Shown: positions 1 through 8,802 of the stretch, piece after piece
Layout: every line of letters starts with the position of its first letter
How positions within the stretch are numbered: position 1 is the stretch's first letter
Source of the DNA: Candidatus Cloacimonadales bacterium
GTDB taxonomy: Bacteria > Cloacimonadota > Cloacimonadia > Cloacimonadales > JAFGVF01
Length of the DNA: 64,000 bases
Direction of reading: 5' to 3'
Assembly: GCA_963677495.2 (NCBI GenBank)
Contig: CAXXOU010000004.1
Coordinates: forward strand, 800,001-864,000
Notes under the pieces: model-generated
What the model was told of the DNA's origin: nothing
Databases searched by the model: none
The model's input: only the letters and a program-made list of their open reading frames with translations
Position numbers and translations under genes: made by a program

Positions 1-551
<551 letters not shown>

Positions 552-677
552 TTAAATAAAATGTCCTGTTAAGTTACGTCAAGCATAAATTCATTATATA
601 TTTTCTCTTTGTAAATCACAGGATAAGTATCAACTTTGAATTCATTCAATTAATTATGAACCTGATGCAGAAATTGT

Positions 678-706
678 TTGACATCTTTTATTTTACACAA
701 TAGTAT
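678..706 (+). promoter_or_regulatory. Putative sigma70-type promoter
   Basis: TTGACA (678-683), 17-nt spacer, TAGTAT (701-706), followed by AGGAGG RBS and ATG at 725. Confidence 0.55.
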
Positions 707-724
707 ATACTTAGGAGGTGAAGA

Positions 725-1138
725 ATGGACATACAAAAAGCAAAAGCTGTTCGCCTTATTTTCAATATCGTCCGTGCAGTCATGTTATTCTACACAGTGC
801 TATTCATACTATTCTCACTCTTCTCCGGTTCAGAAGGCTATGGAGGAGGAGTTAAAGGCTTATTACGTAATTCACCCAACATGTTCCCATGGTTAGTATT
901 GCTGCTCATCAATTTCCTGAGCTGGGGTTGGGAAAAGACCGGCGGAATTCTTTTAATCATCTACGGTTTGTTTAGTGCTTTCTTTTTTGGTGGCTTTACC
1001 GGTAACATGTTCATTGTCTTCGCTATCACTGTGCCGTTGATTGTATTTGGCATCGCTACCATAGTTTTTGGTAATTTCAAGAGTATTCATCCAAACTATT
1101 TTGCAAGGGTAAATAAGGAATATCATTTACGAGAGTAA
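725..1138 (+). CDS. Hypothetical membrane protein (about 4 TM segments)
   Basis: 137-aa ORF, strong RBS, four hydrophobic stretches, followed by a terminator. Confidence 0.8.
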   Translation: MDIQKAKAVRLIFNIVRAVMLFYTVLFILFSLFSGSEGYGGGVKGLLRNSPNMFPWLVLLLINFLSWGWEKTGGILLIIYGLFSAFFFGGFTGNMFIVFAITVPLIVFGIATIVFGNFKSIHPNYFARVNKEYHLRE

Positions 1139-1162
1139 ATTGTACTTCCCATTCAATTATGA

Positions 1163-1201
1163 GACGTACATCATTGGAGTCCTAGTGGTGTACGTTTTTT
1201 T
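1163..1201 (+). terminator. Rho-independent terminator
   Basis: Stem GACGTACATCATT...AGTGGTGTACGTT followed by a T run, just after the 725-1138 ORF. Confidence 0.65.
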
Positions 1202-1255
1202 CTACTTATTATCTGATTTCCAAAATAAACATTAAACTCCTTTGTTCATCTTCAG

Positions 1256-1390
1256 TCTCAGCAGTAAATATTGATCCCAAACAGGTTTTAACTTGGGTAT
1301 ATGTTGGTAATTTCTTAGCAATTAGGCCAAGGATTGGCCAAGTGTTGGCCAAGTGTTGACCAAGAGTTTGGCAGGATTTACTGCTGGGAG
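1256..1390. repeat. Family-A 11-bp-periodic palindromic element, copy 1
   Basis: Terminal inverted repeats CTCAGCAGTAA...TTACTGCTG; CCAAG at 1327, 1338, 1349, 1360; homologous copies at 17633-17767 and 40433-40567. Confidence 0.85.
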
Positions 1391-1403
1391 ATGAGGGAGT
1401 GTT

Positions 1404-1430
1404 GTAGGGCAAACAAGCTGCATGCCCTAC
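1404..1430. repeat. GTAG-type REP-like hairpin
   Basis: GTAGGGCA-aacaagctgca-TGCCCTAC; related hairpin near 40857. Confidence 0.6.
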
Positions 1431-1439
1431 GTAACAAGT

Positions 1440-2396
1440 CTAAAAGCCTGTAATGAAGAAAGTACCCGGTTCATTAACTACTACAATTGCAGAATTATTA
1501 TATCTTGAAAATTCCAGATAGAACTGATTATCACTGAACTCATCAACGTATGTGTACTCTGTGATAGCACCATTCAAGTCTCTGAAATATAGCCTAAGAT
1601 TGGAACCAACATAACTTGGTGGGAACTGAAGATATAATAGTGGGCTTTCCTCATTTGCATGATCGAATATGAAACTCGTTGTAATTGGTTGGTCATTAAA
1701 ATCTTTAAAAGCAATATCATAGCCAGCGATAGGGGAGTAGCCCGGAATTGCAATATTGTTAGATATCTGAACTCTATTACCTACTTGGAAATAGTGAGGT
1801 AAAAAGTATGCCGGAAGCATAAATTGAGTCTGATATAAGGAGACATTAACAGGTTCAGTTAGGGAAGTGATTTCATAATCTGCTATTTGTAGTGGTGTGT
1901 TTTCATCAATAGCGAAGTAGTAACCTGGATCATGGACTAAGAACATAGCTCCGTTCTCACCAATTACATAGTCATAACCGTTCAGCTCTGTTCCTAGTGG
2001 ATATGGGTATAGTCGACCACGATTATCTGGTGTAAAGTAGAAGAGGTGTGTTTGATTAGTTGAAACAATATCGACAATAGGATTTATCTCTGCTAGTAGT
2101 GTATCCAGGTTTGTTCCATTACCATCTGTTAATGAGAAATCATAAACTGAAGAAACAAGTTCACTATCATATTGATTCATTAAATCAATCGCTTCAGATG
2201 GTATTGACTCAGTAATGGAAGCATTTAAGAGAAGTCCAACCGGATATGTATTCTGAATCTCATTGTTTAAGTTGCAAAAGCAGGATAAATAGGGGTTCAT
2301 GATTGTAGTTTGCTCTTTAGCAAGTGGTATAATAACCTGATCTGCTAGCTTATTTAAGCTTGCAAATAGTTTCAGAGATGATCTATCAATACCCAA
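1440..2396 (-). CDS. C-terminal part of large repeat lipoprotein (frameshifted continuation of 2462-4663)
   Basis: Frame stays open upstream of the listed start to about 2501 and reads DILESNDSISIVTIEETTDNTKYSYSDGLLHLGIDRSS, matching the repeat motif of the upstream ORF. Confidence 0.75.
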   Translation of the reverse strand: MGIDRSSLKLFASLNKLADQVIIPLAKEQTTIMNPYLSCFCNLNNEIQNTYPVGLLLNASITESIPSEAIDLMNQYDSELVSSVYDFSLTDGNGTNLDTLLAEINPIVDIVSTNQTHLFYFTPDNRGRLYPYPLGTELNGYDYVIGENGAMFLVHDPGYYFAIDENTPLQIADYEITSLTEPVNVSLYQTQFMLPAYFLPHYFQVGNRVQISNNIAIPGYSPIAGYDIAFKDFNDQPITTSFIFDHANEESPLLYLQFPPSYVGSNLRLYFRDLNGAITEYTYVDEFSDNQFYLEFSRYNNSAIVVVNEPGTFFITGF

Positions 2397-2461
2397 ATGT
2401 AGTAAACCATCTGAGTATGAATATTTTGTATTGTCAGTGGTTTCTTCAATTGTGACTATGC

Positions 2462-4663
2462 TTATTGAATCATTGCTTTCAAGTATATCAATATATACAT
2501 ATTATCAGCAGGTTCAGGATGTGATCTGGAAAGAATGATTACTTCACCATCTTGCAAAGATTCCAGAGGGACATCATCAATAAAGAGATTAGCTTCATAC
2601 ACAAACTCGGGTGTATCAATATTAAGTAAATTTGGGTTGAAATATGAAGTGTTTATATTGTTTTGAGGGCTAGTATCAATATGAACCTGATGGGCAGATA
2701 CAACACTGTTTGTACTAATGAAGAAATCATCAGTCATAATCTCAACAGCACTTGGAGGAAGAAAGAAAGTGTATTCATCTAGATCTGTATCAGTATCAGC
2801 AATTACATATTTACTGCTTGAGATGGATCCGAAATAGATGAAGTTGTCTACGGATGCATAATGATTCTCATTGTACTCATCCCCGGCAGTTTGATAATAT
2901 AGTTCAAAATCGATAAGCGTGTTGTTGATAGTAAAAAGGTGTGGGTTTGTAGAGTTTATTAAATCAGAACTAAGTCCTATTTCAATAAACTCATCATCTT
3001 CTAACTCCTGAACTACTAAATCTCCATCTCTCATAATTGTATGCAAAGTGAATGGGGTAGATTCAAGTGTAAAAGGCTCACCTGCGAAGATTCTATCATA
3101 GTAGGGTATCTCAGTATCAAAGATAAGCTCGATTGATGTTAAATCATCTGTATATTCGTTATTATGGATAGTAAGGTTACCATAATCAAACCAAACATTG
3201 TCATAAGGGATATGTACGGTTTTAGATTCAAGATTAGGCTCGTAATCAGCGAAGAAATACTCACTGTTTGAGTTGACACCAAAGTAAAGAAATCCATCTG
3301 AAGATGTATAATGCTCTTCATCGTAACTATCACTTTCGGTTAGATAATCCACAGTTAGAGAATATCCATCATCTTTGTGGAAGAAGAGTAATCTGTCAGC
3401 TTTGCTTTCAGGGAAACCGACTTCGATGTACATATCATCCGGTAGCTCCGATACTAGCTCTCCATCAATTTCAAATGAAAAACCATAAATACTATTAGGA
3501 GTTGCAAGGTTATAACTCTGTGCTCCGAACTTTGAGTCCCAATCAGTTATACTGCTATCAAGATTCAAGGTAAGATAAGCATTATCAATTACAGTATTCT
3601 CAAGATTGCAGTAGAAATCACCCAGATAAATTGAAGAATATGTTCCATCTATAGGAACTTGATATGATTGTGTTTCAGGAATACTGTTGACTAAAAGGTA
3701 TTCTCCTGAACTATTTGGAAAAAGCTTTAGAGTATTGCTATTAAAACTCCATAACTCACTTGATGAGTTTAGCAATACTAAATCATGATTTTGGCTTAGC
3801 AATAAGTGCGTGGGCTCAGATTCAACTAAATCTTTGTATTGCAGGACAATATACATGTTGTCAGGGAGTTTTGTTTTAAAATCAATACTTAATGATTTGC
3901 TACTAACTAACATGTTATTGTAAAGAGCTTGAGCAGATTGAAGTGTTGGTGCTGAAATGCTAGTATCAATATCTATTGCATTTGAGAAACCAAGATCAGA
4001 TGGTAGGAAACAATTGAATCTTTTAGTTAATACATGTAGATTCTTGTTTATATAATCTATAGAATAATGTTCTCTTAACTTAGCCGTAGTATAATAGAAT
4101 CCAAATTCTTCTCCAGGAGTAAGAGGAAGTGATAAGAATGTTGATTCGGGTTCAAGAGCATTGTAGTCGAAGTCTTGTATGAATTCATCATCCCATGTAA
4201 TCATACACAATTCTGATTGGCTCTCTTCTGTTACAGGTATGAAAGCTTTGAAAGCGTTCTCAGGGAATTTAGATGAGAAATCAACAAGCATAGAATCACG
4301 ATAAACGCCAAAGAAATAAGTTGGAGTTGCTTCATTGTACTCAGGTGAAATATAGATAGTATCCCTTTCCACAAAACTTTCTACTTCCCCAAACCAAAGA
4401 AAGTCACCTTTTACGAGGAGAGAATCACTAATGATTTCTTTATTAACTAATAGATATGCATCTGTGTTTTGTGATGGCACATAGTAGTTCATAGTTTCAG
4501 TAATCTCAGTTCCGATGAAGTAACCGGGTATATCACTTTCTGTAATAGAGAAAGGATCAACTCCAACAGGATAATCATTGCTTTCCCTAAAGCATCCGGA
4601 TAGTGTAAGTAAAAGTAGGCTTATATATGTCAGTTTCTTTATAACTACCAAACGAAACTCCAT
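2462..4663 (-). CDS. Large acidic beta-rich lipoprotein with internal repeats (N-terminal part; about 1074 aa if joined to 1440-2396)
   Basis: Lipobox LLLTLSGC; repeated motif HYTSSDGFLYFGVNSNSEY / HYASVDNFIYFGSISSSKY; start overlaps the upstream stop (TAATG). Confidence 0.8.
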   Translation of the reverse strand: MEFRLVVIKKLTYISLLLLTLSGCFRESNDYPVGVDPFSITESDIPGYFIGTEITETMNYYVPSQNTDAYLLVNKEIISDSLLVKGDFLWFGEVESFVERDTIYISPEYNEATPTYFFGVYRDSMLVDFSSKFPENAFKAFIPVTEESQSELCMITWDDEFIQDFDYNALEPESTFLSLPLTPGEEFGFYYTTAKLREHYSIDYINKNLHVLTKRFNCFLPSDLGFSNAIDIDTSISAPTLQSAQALYNNMLVSSKSLSIDFKTKLPDNMYIVLQYKDLVESEPTHLLLSQNHDLVLLNSSSELWSFNSNTLKLFPNSSGEYLLVNSIPETQSYQVPIDGTYSSIYLGDFYCNLENTVIDNAYLTLNLDSSITDWDSKFGAQSYNLATPNSIYGFSFEIDGELVSELPDDMYIEVGFPESKADRLLFFHKDDGYSLTVDYLTESDSYDEEHYTSSDGFLYFGVNSNSEYFFADYEPNLESKTVHIPYDNVWFDYGNLTIHNNEYTDDLTSIELIFDTEIPYYDRIFAGEPFTLESTPFTLHTIMRDGDLVVQELEDDEFIEIGLSSDLINSTNPHLFTINNTLIDFELYYQTAGDEYNENHYASVDNFIYFGSISSSKYVIADTDTDLDEYTFFLPPSAVEIMTDDFFISTNSVVSAHQVHIDTSPQNNINTSYFNPNLLNIDTPEFVYEANLFIDDVPLESLQDGEVIILSRSHPEPADNMYILIYLKAMIQ

Positions 4664-5880
4664 TATAGTTTGAATTTGTAACCTACTGTTCCAGTGTAGG
4701 CGTATGTATCATCATTAATAGTATATGATAAAGAGAAGATAAAGCTCTTCGGAGAATATTTGAGACCTAGACCATATGATAAAATAGGCTCATCATGGTT
4801 ATCTATAACATATCCAGTCGGTGAAACGTAAAACTCTTTGTCACCCCAAAAGACGTAAGCATTTGGAGTGAAATTATATGGCAAGTAGTAGATAAGATTT
4901 GAATGGAAAAGCCAATAATCATCATCCATATCTTCTACTTCATAATCTCTGATACTGCTACTTAACTCTACTTTAAGACCAATGTTATCAAGTTTAGTTT
5001 CATACCATATAGTGTTTTGAATTGTAGAAAGAATATCATAATAGAAGTATGAAAATGCATAACCCAGTCTATTATAGCCGTATTGATTGATAAACTCCTT
5101 CTGATACATAACTGAACCACCATAAGTGTCATATAACAACTTATAATCACCTGAAATGTATGTTAAATCGATACCTGATTTCCAACCGGAACCGATAAAC
5201 TTATAACCGAGACTGTAACTGTCACGTTTTGTATCATCTGATTCGAAGTGATTATATCTCATACTGATTAGATTTGTTCTCATAGTGATATGTGTAGAAC
5301 CAAAATAGGATACATTGTCATCATCAGAAGAACTGTAACCGGAATAGATTGATGTGAAAAAAGGCATCTTCTCAAGGTAATCCAATTTTTGAGATGCAAT
5401 ATAGTTATTACTATTCACTTTAAGTGCGTTCCTAAGATAACCTTCTGCCTTAGAAAGGTAATGTAGATCTATGTAGTTCATACCAAGACCAGTAAGCTCT
5501 ATTGATCGGTCAGCAGAACCAAGAATAGCTGTTTTATAATAGTGAATACTTTTAAAGTTATTACCTTCAAGGTAATTAATGTAACCTAAGTAACTTGCAA
5601 ATATTCTGTTGGGAGAACAGCATATAAGTGCAGTACCCGCATCGACTTTTGCTCTATCTAGATGTTTGAGAGCTAGTGAAGACTCTATTGCTCCAATATA
5701 TGCATTGATATTTGTACTGTCAGCATCAATAACATCGTAATATGCATTTCGAGCAGTAAGATACTGTTTATTTAGTAATAACTGATATGCTTTTTCAATG
5801 GAAGCATTAGCCAGCAATTGTAAGGGTAAAATCAGTATTATAAGAAAGAGACTATTTCTTAATAGCTGCTTCATATTCAC
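4663..5880 (-). CDS. TPR domain + probable outer-membrane beta-barrel protein
   Basis: Signal peptide, TPR-like helices over about 170 aa, then Tyr/Gly/Ser-rich alternating strands ending YTGTVGYKFKL. Confidence 0.75.
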   Translation of the reverse strand: MNMKQLLRNSLFLIILILPLQLLANASIEKAYQLLLNKQYLTARNAYYDVIDADSTNINAYIGAIESSLALKHLDRAKVDAGTALICCSPNRIFASYLGYINYLEGNNFKSIHYYKTAILGSADRSIELTGLGMNYIDLHYLSKAEGYLRNALKVNSNNYIASQKLDYLEKMPFFTSIYSGYSSSDDDNVSYFGSTHITMRTNLISMRYNHFESDDTKRDSYSLGYKFIGSGWKSGIDLTYISGDYKLLYDTYGGSVMYQKEFINQYGYNRLGYAFSYFYYDILSTIQNTIWYETKLDNIGLKVELSSSIRDYEVEDMDDDYWLFHSNLIYYLPYNFTPNAYVFWGDKEFYVSPTGYVIDNHDEPILSYGLGLKYSPKSFIFSLSYTINDDTYAYTGTVGYKFKL

Positions 5881-6457
5881 TCAGATATTTACTTGATGGT
5901 GCATACTTCTTTACAAACTCATACTGAGTTTTAGCTTTCATGAAATCAGATGAGTATGTATAGCAACCAAGTAAGTAACATCTACTATCGATATGATATG
6001 GGTAGCGAGTTAGGATTTTAGTATAAACCTTTGCTGCTTTTGTCCAATCTCCTTTGAGGAAGAAAGCATAAGCTTTATAACCAAGTGCTGTGAAGTCATA
6101 TGGATATTTCTTCAGTACTTCATCTGAGTACTTAATTACTTTATCCCAGTCAGCAGTATAATAAGCAACAAGGTTTAAACCCTCTAATGCTTCAGTGGAT
6201 TTATCCATTTTATATGCTTTTTCATAGTAGTTCTTTGCAGATACATAATCAGCACTAAGATAGCTTAGCCAACCTAATCTAATGTTGTAAAATGCATTGT
6301 TAGGATCTGACTTAATTAGGGAATGCATAGCTTCTAGAGCTGCAGTATACTGATAGTTAGTCTCATAATTATATGATCTTGTTAAAGGATTCTCATTTTG
6401 GGCATAAAGAAAGCTCATCGCAATCAATACAACAACTAATATTATTATCTTCTTCAT
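5852..6457 (-). CDS. Secreted tetratricopeptide repeat protein
   Basis: Signal peptide MKKIIILVVVLIAMSFLYAQ; TPR patterns such as YNIRLGWLSYLSADYVSAKNYYEKA. Confidence 0.85.
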   Translation of the reverse strand: MKKIIILVVVLIAMSFLYAQNENPLTRSYNYETNYQYTAALEAMHSLIKSDPNNAFYNIRLGWLSYLSADYVSAKNYYEKAYKMDKSTEALEGLNLVAYYTADWDKVIKYSDEVLKKYPYDFTALGYKAYAFFLKGDWTKAAKVYTKILTRYPYHIDSRCYLLGCYTYSSDFMKAKTQYEFVKKYAPSSKYLSEYEAAIKK

Positions 6458-7405
6458 CTATTCCTCCATAAGTTTTAAATTCTTACTTAGCTCTTCAGAA
6501 AACAATTTTGCTCCTAAAGCATTTAAATGATCACCATCTCCGAAACCTTTATCAGGTAATGGAAAACGCGAAAAATCTAGGTATTTAGCATTAAATTCCT
6601 GCTTAAGATGATCATAAACAACCACATGGTTTCGTTTAAAAGCATCCGGTATTTTATTGTAATAATCGTCGTGGACAGGAGTGTTTATAAGAATTATCTC
6701 TATATTGTTTTCGTTACACATACTGCAAATCTTTTTTACGTATGAATACATGAGTTCAGATATTCCTGCTTTTGCGCCATCACTATCATAATGTGCTTTC
6801 AATGACTGTTGTATTGTATCATTCGAAAGGTTACATGTATCATTATATCGATAATATCCACCGAATGGATAGTTTGCTATGTCCGGTTTACCATTGTGCA
6901 TAAGATAGAAAAACAGGTGCATGTTATTTGAAAAGTCGAAGGGTAATCCCCAATCATACTTAAGCTTAGTATATAACCAATCACCATCTTTCTTTGATGT
7001 AAAGATATTTTCTTGATCCGAAATAATCGGGTAATATCTGTTTAAAAGAACATTGCGTCTAACTCCCAACATCTCTTCATCATACAGTGTTGAGAAGTTA
7101 TGATAGGAGAAATTGAGCAGAACTCTTTCAGGTTTGCTGTACTTGAGGAAATAAGTTAACTTCACGTACGTTAGAAAGTAATTCTCACTGTTTTTCGATA
7201 GATTTACAGAGTCCTCGATAATATCAGGATCAATTGCACACTGAGTATGAGAATCTCCCATAATGAATGTTTTTTCATCCAAGGAGAAATACTTAGGATT
7301 ATAGATAGTTGGTAAGAACACAAACTTGTTCACTAAAGTTAATCCAATTATGAAAGCACTTGTAATCAGTAAAAAAATCAGTATGTATTTAAATATATTA
7401 CGCAT
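6458..7405 (-). CDS. Membrane-anchored SGNH-fold protein (AlgJ/PatB/DltD-like acyltransferase partner)
   Basis: N-terminal TM helix, block I IMGDSH, block V DGDHLN; directly downstream of the MBOAT gene. Confidence 0.75.
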   Translation of the reverse strand: MRNIFKYILIFLLITSAFIIGLTLVNKFVFLPTIYNPKYFSLDEKTFIMGDSHTQCAIDPDIIEDSVNLSKNSENYFLTYVKLTYFLKYSKPERVLLNFSYHNFSTLYDEEMLGVRRNVLLNRYYPIISDQENIFTSKKDGDWLYTKLKYDWGLPFDFSNNMHLFFYLMHNGKPDIANYPFGGYYRYNDTCNLSNDTIQQSLKAHYDSDGAKAGISELMYSYVKKICSMCNENNIEIILINTPVHDDYYNKIPDAFKRNHVVVYDHLKQEFNAKYLDFSRFPLPDKGFGDGDHLNALGAKLFSEELSKNLKLMEE

Positions 7406-7407
7406 AG

Positions 7408-8802
7408 TTAGAATTGGAAATAGATGAATTGGTTCTCGTTAAAGATTCCAAAACAAAAGATTATAACAACGAGAGCACTTAGAATGAAAACACGTTGCAT
7501 AGGTTTTATTGTAGTAAACTTTGAAAGGTCTGTTTCAAACTTTAGATGAATCAATCCCATCAAAGCAATGAATACGAAACTAAGAACAAGTTCTGTCAAA
7601 GTTAGTCCCGGTAAAAAACCACCCCAACTAAGAGGTGATACAATATTTTTAAGAATATAACAAGCTTCAAACAATGAATCAGCTCTAAAGAATATCCAAG
7701 CAAGACTTACAAGTGTAAATGTTATAACTACTCCAAGGAATCTCGGAATCTTAAGATTAAATGGTTTTAAGATATTCCAAAGAATTATCATAACTCCATG
7801 GATTAAGCCCCAAATCATAAATGTCCAGTTTGCTCCATGCCAAAAGCCACTTAAAGCAAAAACAATAGCAAGGTTCAGGTATTTTCTTGGAATAGAAATC
7901 CTATTACCACCAATTGGAATATATAGATAATCTTTAAACCAAGCCGATAGTGAGATATGCCAACGTCTCCAGAACTCGTTAATATTATGAGCAATATAAG
8001 GAGATTTGAAATTTTCCAGGAGTCTGATACCCATCATCCTTGCAATACCTAATGCAATATCAGTATAACCACTAAAATCACAATAGATCTGGAAAGTAAA
8101 AAACACTACACCTATTATTAAGGGTAACCCGGAGTATGCTGTAGCATGTGAGAATACTTCGTCAGAGAAAAGTGCTAATCTATCAGCAATCACTACTTTC
8201 TTAAATAATCCAAAAATAATTCTTGAGATTCCAATCAAAAAATCATCACTTTCTATATGCTTTTTTGTTCTTAACTGGGGTAACAGATGACCGGCCCTTT
8301 CAATCGGTCCGGCAACCAGTTGTGGAAAGAAAGAAACGTATAAAGCAAAATACCCTAAATGTCTTTCCGCTTTAAGTTTTCTTCTATATACATCTATTGT
8401 ATATCCCATTGTCTGGAATGTATAGAAAGAGATGCCAACTGGGAGTAGAACATCTATGAATTTATACCCTTGAGGATATGCATCAGTAAATAGTCCAAGC
8501 AGACTCCCTGAAAGGAAGTTGAAATATTTAAAGAAGAATAGCAGTCCAATATTGGTAACTATACTCAAATACAGGAACAGTTTTTTAGTTCTCTCAGAAT
8601 TACTTGATTCTATCCTAATTCCTGCAATGTAATCAACAATAATTGATGTTACAATCAGAATCAGATAAGCCGGCCTCCAAAAACTATAAAAGAGGAAGCT
8701 TGCTCCAAGTAATAATCCCCATCTACCTCTTTGAGGTACAATGTGAAAAAGAATCAATATTACAGGAAGAAACAGGGCAAATTCCAAGGAATTAAAAAGC
8801 AT
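7408..8802 (-). CDS. MBOAT family O-acyltransferase (AlgI/PatA/DltB-like)
   Basis: LPVGISFYTFQ, FFPQLVAGPIER, FSGYTDIA, EFWRRWHISLS, SGFWHGA (catalytic His), C-terminal FIYFQF. Confidence 0.95.
   Translation of the reverse strand: MLFNSLEFALFLPVILILFHIVPQRGRWGLLLGASFLFYSFWRPAYLILIVTSIIVDYIAGIRIESSNSERTKKLFLYLSIVTNIGLLFFFKYFNFLSGSLLGLFTDAYPQGYKFIDVLLPVGISFYTFQTMGYTIDVYRRKLKAERHLGYFALYVSFFPQLVAGPIERAGHLLPQLRTKKHIESDDFLIGISRIIFGLFKKVVIADRLALFSDEVFSHATAYSGLPLIIGVVFFTFQIYCDFSGYTDIALGIARMMGIRLLENFKSPYIAHNINEFWRRWHISLSAWFKDYLYIPIGGNRISIPRKYLNLAIVFALSGFWHGANWTFMIWGLIHGVMIILWNILKPFNLKIPRFLGVVITFTLVSLAWIFFRADSLFEACYILKNIVSPLSWGGFLPGLTLTELVLSFVFIALMGLIHLKFETDLSKFTTIKPMQRVFILSALVVIIFCFGIFNENQFIYFQF

Noticed and set aside
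2462..2464. Selenocysteine/pyrrolysine or stop read-through joining the two lipoprotein ORFs
   Set aside because: The stop is TAA and the downstream ORF is in a different frame, so a frameshift explains it
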